Part shown: positions 61,990 to 64,000 of the stretch, one piece after another
Position numbering within the stretch: position 1 is the first letter of the stretch
Layout: each line of letters begins with the position of its first letter
From: Squalus acanthias
Taxonomy: Eukaryota
NCBI GenBank assembly: GCA_030390025.1
Contig: CM059432.1
Span: 80,540,001-80,604,000 of the forward strand
Direction: 5' to 3'
DNA length: 64,000 nt
Position numbers and translations under genes: made by a program
Notes under the pieces: generated by a model
Database searches by the model: none
Told to the model about the DNA's origin: nothing
What the model saw: the letters and a program-made list of their open reading frames with translations, nothing else

Positions 61990-62920
61990 GGGGGTAACTT
62001 TAAACCCCCCCGGTCAAGTGGGACAGTGTCCAGGGGATGGGGGGTTAAACTGTTAAAAATGTGAAACCCAACCTCAACCCGCTGCGAACGCGCCTACTTC
62101 CGGTTTAACCAGGGCGGGCTTGGGGTCAGACGGGTAACCCGATCTTGAGTGATGGGTCGGTAATTATAATATTTAAATGAGGCTCCATGCCTCAAATTTT
62201 ATCAGCGATTTGATTTAACGCCTGCTGGCCGAGTTTCCCAGGGCTCGGGAAACCCGGCAGCTAAAGAGAGGCGGGACCTGTCAGATCAAGCAGGTAAATG
62301 CTTTTCCAGCACTGCTTGTGGGCCAGGTGGAGCAGGAGTGCTTCCCCCCTGGTCCTTCAAGCAAACCTGCTGCGATCTGCCTCCCTCCCTGCGATCTCCA
62401 GACATCCAATCACCACCAGCCTGCAATCTCTTTCCCCCCTATGATCTTTCCCCCCTCAATTTCCAGACATCACTGCCCCCACCGCCATCTCTTCCCCACT
62501 CCGCCGATCGGCCAATCTCCCGGCGATCTCTCCCCTGCGATCTCTCCACCTCCCACGATCTATCTCCCCCACCACGATCTCCAGACATCCCCGGAGTCTC
62601 TCCCATTCGTGATCTCCAGACGCCCCCCGCAATCTCTTCCCACTGCGATCTCTCCCATTTGTGATCCCCAGATACCCCCCAGCAATCCACCAATCTCCCG
62701 CGATCTCTCCCCCATGATTTCTCCGCCCTCCCCCCGCGATCCAATCTCCCTCCCTCCCTCCTCACCGTCATACTCCAACCCCCCTCCCCATGACCCCCGA
62801 TCTTCTTGATTCTCTTTAGCGCAGGCTTTCCCACCCAACCGCCAGCTAGCCTTCAATCTTGCCGGCTGTCGGGCAGGAAACGGAGTTAAAAAATTCTAAT
62901 AAGTTCCTGCTTCCCCGGTA
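61990..62920. mobile_element. Harbinger-type MITE (family D-like) with an internal degenerate minisatellite
   Basis: gggggtaacttt left end and similarity to 56470-56720. Irregular (cc)gatctc(tccc) units across 62370-62805. Confidence 0.65.
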
Positions 62921-63241
62921 AATATTGGGGTTCCAGACAGAAATTGTATAATTAAATAACTATCAGAAATATGTGAGTGTACTTTTTATGAAGAAGTGGC
63001 ATCTGATGGCTGCTGCTTTACACAGTGATTCTTAATTTAGCTTCAAAAGTGCAGGAGAATGTTAATGACATTGGTCTAAAAGCATCAGTGGATTTGACTG
63101 CAGTTCCTAAAAGCAGAAAATGTATTCCTATTCGGTGTTCACCATATGCACAGTTTCTATGACATAGATTATGTATTTATTTTGTTTTGTTTTGTCTTGA
63201 AGTAACAGGATGTCAGGATGACACCATGTTTTTTCCCCCAG

Positions 63242-63426
63242 AAGTCTTCGACAAGTTTAATACAATGGCTTTAATTGATGGGAGGAAGGATCATGTAAGC
63301 CTAACAGTAGATAATGTTCACTTGGAATATGGTGTTGTTTATGAATACGACAGCACTGCTGGAACCAAATGCCATGTTCTGGAGAAAATGAGTGAACCAA
63401 AGGGATTCTTCAACCTAACTGCAAAG
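63242..63426 (+). CDS. PREX2: PREX2 internal exon: (E)[61 protein letters not shown]
   Basis: ccccag|AA acceptor and AAG|gtatga donor. 185 nt, phase 1 to 0. In-frame upstream acceptors also exist (see findings). Confidence 0.93.
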
Positions 63427-64000
63427 GTATGATTGGAAGGACTAATGAGGACTCCTGTGGCTAGACATATGTGTTCCTAAAATATAATGCTTTATCAACA
63501 AGAATTGGCTTATCAACAACCGATTTCAAGGACTGGCATACATTTTTAGTGTGGGGGCAGGGCAAGCCTGCTCTTTTCTTTTCTCTGGGTGGATGGAGGG
63601 TGGCACAGCATGTTGACTGCTATTGAGGATGCCTCCCACTAATGTCTCAAGTGCTGCAGGGGTTATAAAGTTGACGGGGGGAGGGGGGTGGAGGGGGGTG
63701 GCGGGGGAAGGCTGGGAACATTACTCTGTGGGGGAGGGAATGAAAGGCTGGGTTTATTATTTAGCAGTGGGGAGTTCAGTGTTAAGATTCTGACATGCTT
63801 GTCAGGGTAAATCACTACGTTATATACTATTACTGATATTCTGTTATCTATTGTTATGACAAATCTGGAAGAAATGCTTCCTTTAGCACCTAATAGCTCT
63901 GAAAACCCAAGTCCATTTCAACGTAATGGTGCCAGATTTTGGTCAGACTGTGGGGCTCAAATGAGGGTGATGCCTAGTTCTGCCAGGTCTCCAACCTGTT

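Noticed and set aside
62318..62856. Pro/Ser-rich and Gly/Arg-rich ORFs as proteins
   Set aside because: They are by-products of a low-complexity repeat that is open in several frames on both strands.

Overview
Eukaryotic, repeat-rich genomic DNA, most likely from a cartilaginous fish (inferred from the SacSINE1/Deu-SINE, HE1/V-SINE and CR1 repeat types). The + strand carries nine internal coding exons of PREX2 (second DEP domain, both PDZ domains and the start of the IP4P-like region). All nine have canonical AG/GT sites and consistent phases. The introns are packed with transposable elements: CR1, CR1-Zenon-like and L2 LINE fragments, SINEs, Penelope-like elements, a hAT/Charlie element and many PIF/Harbinger derivatives. 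The main structures worth follow-up are: (1) two sister Harbinger transposons, each with a transposase gene and a 3-exon Myb/SANT gene, lying back-to-back in inverted orientation about 90 bp apart; (2) a short Penelope-derived insertion with a 12-bp TSD and a minimal hammerhead-ribozyme motif on each strand; (3) a Harbinger derivative that carries a Penelope terminal-repeat hairpin as cargo; (4) phase-compatible routes to Myb/SANT-PREX2 chimeric splicing; (5) in-frame alternative acceptors at the last PREX2 exon; (6) an approximately 245-bp dispersed direct duplication flanking one exon. All family assignments come from motif recognition, not database searches. Nothing here proves a new biological system.
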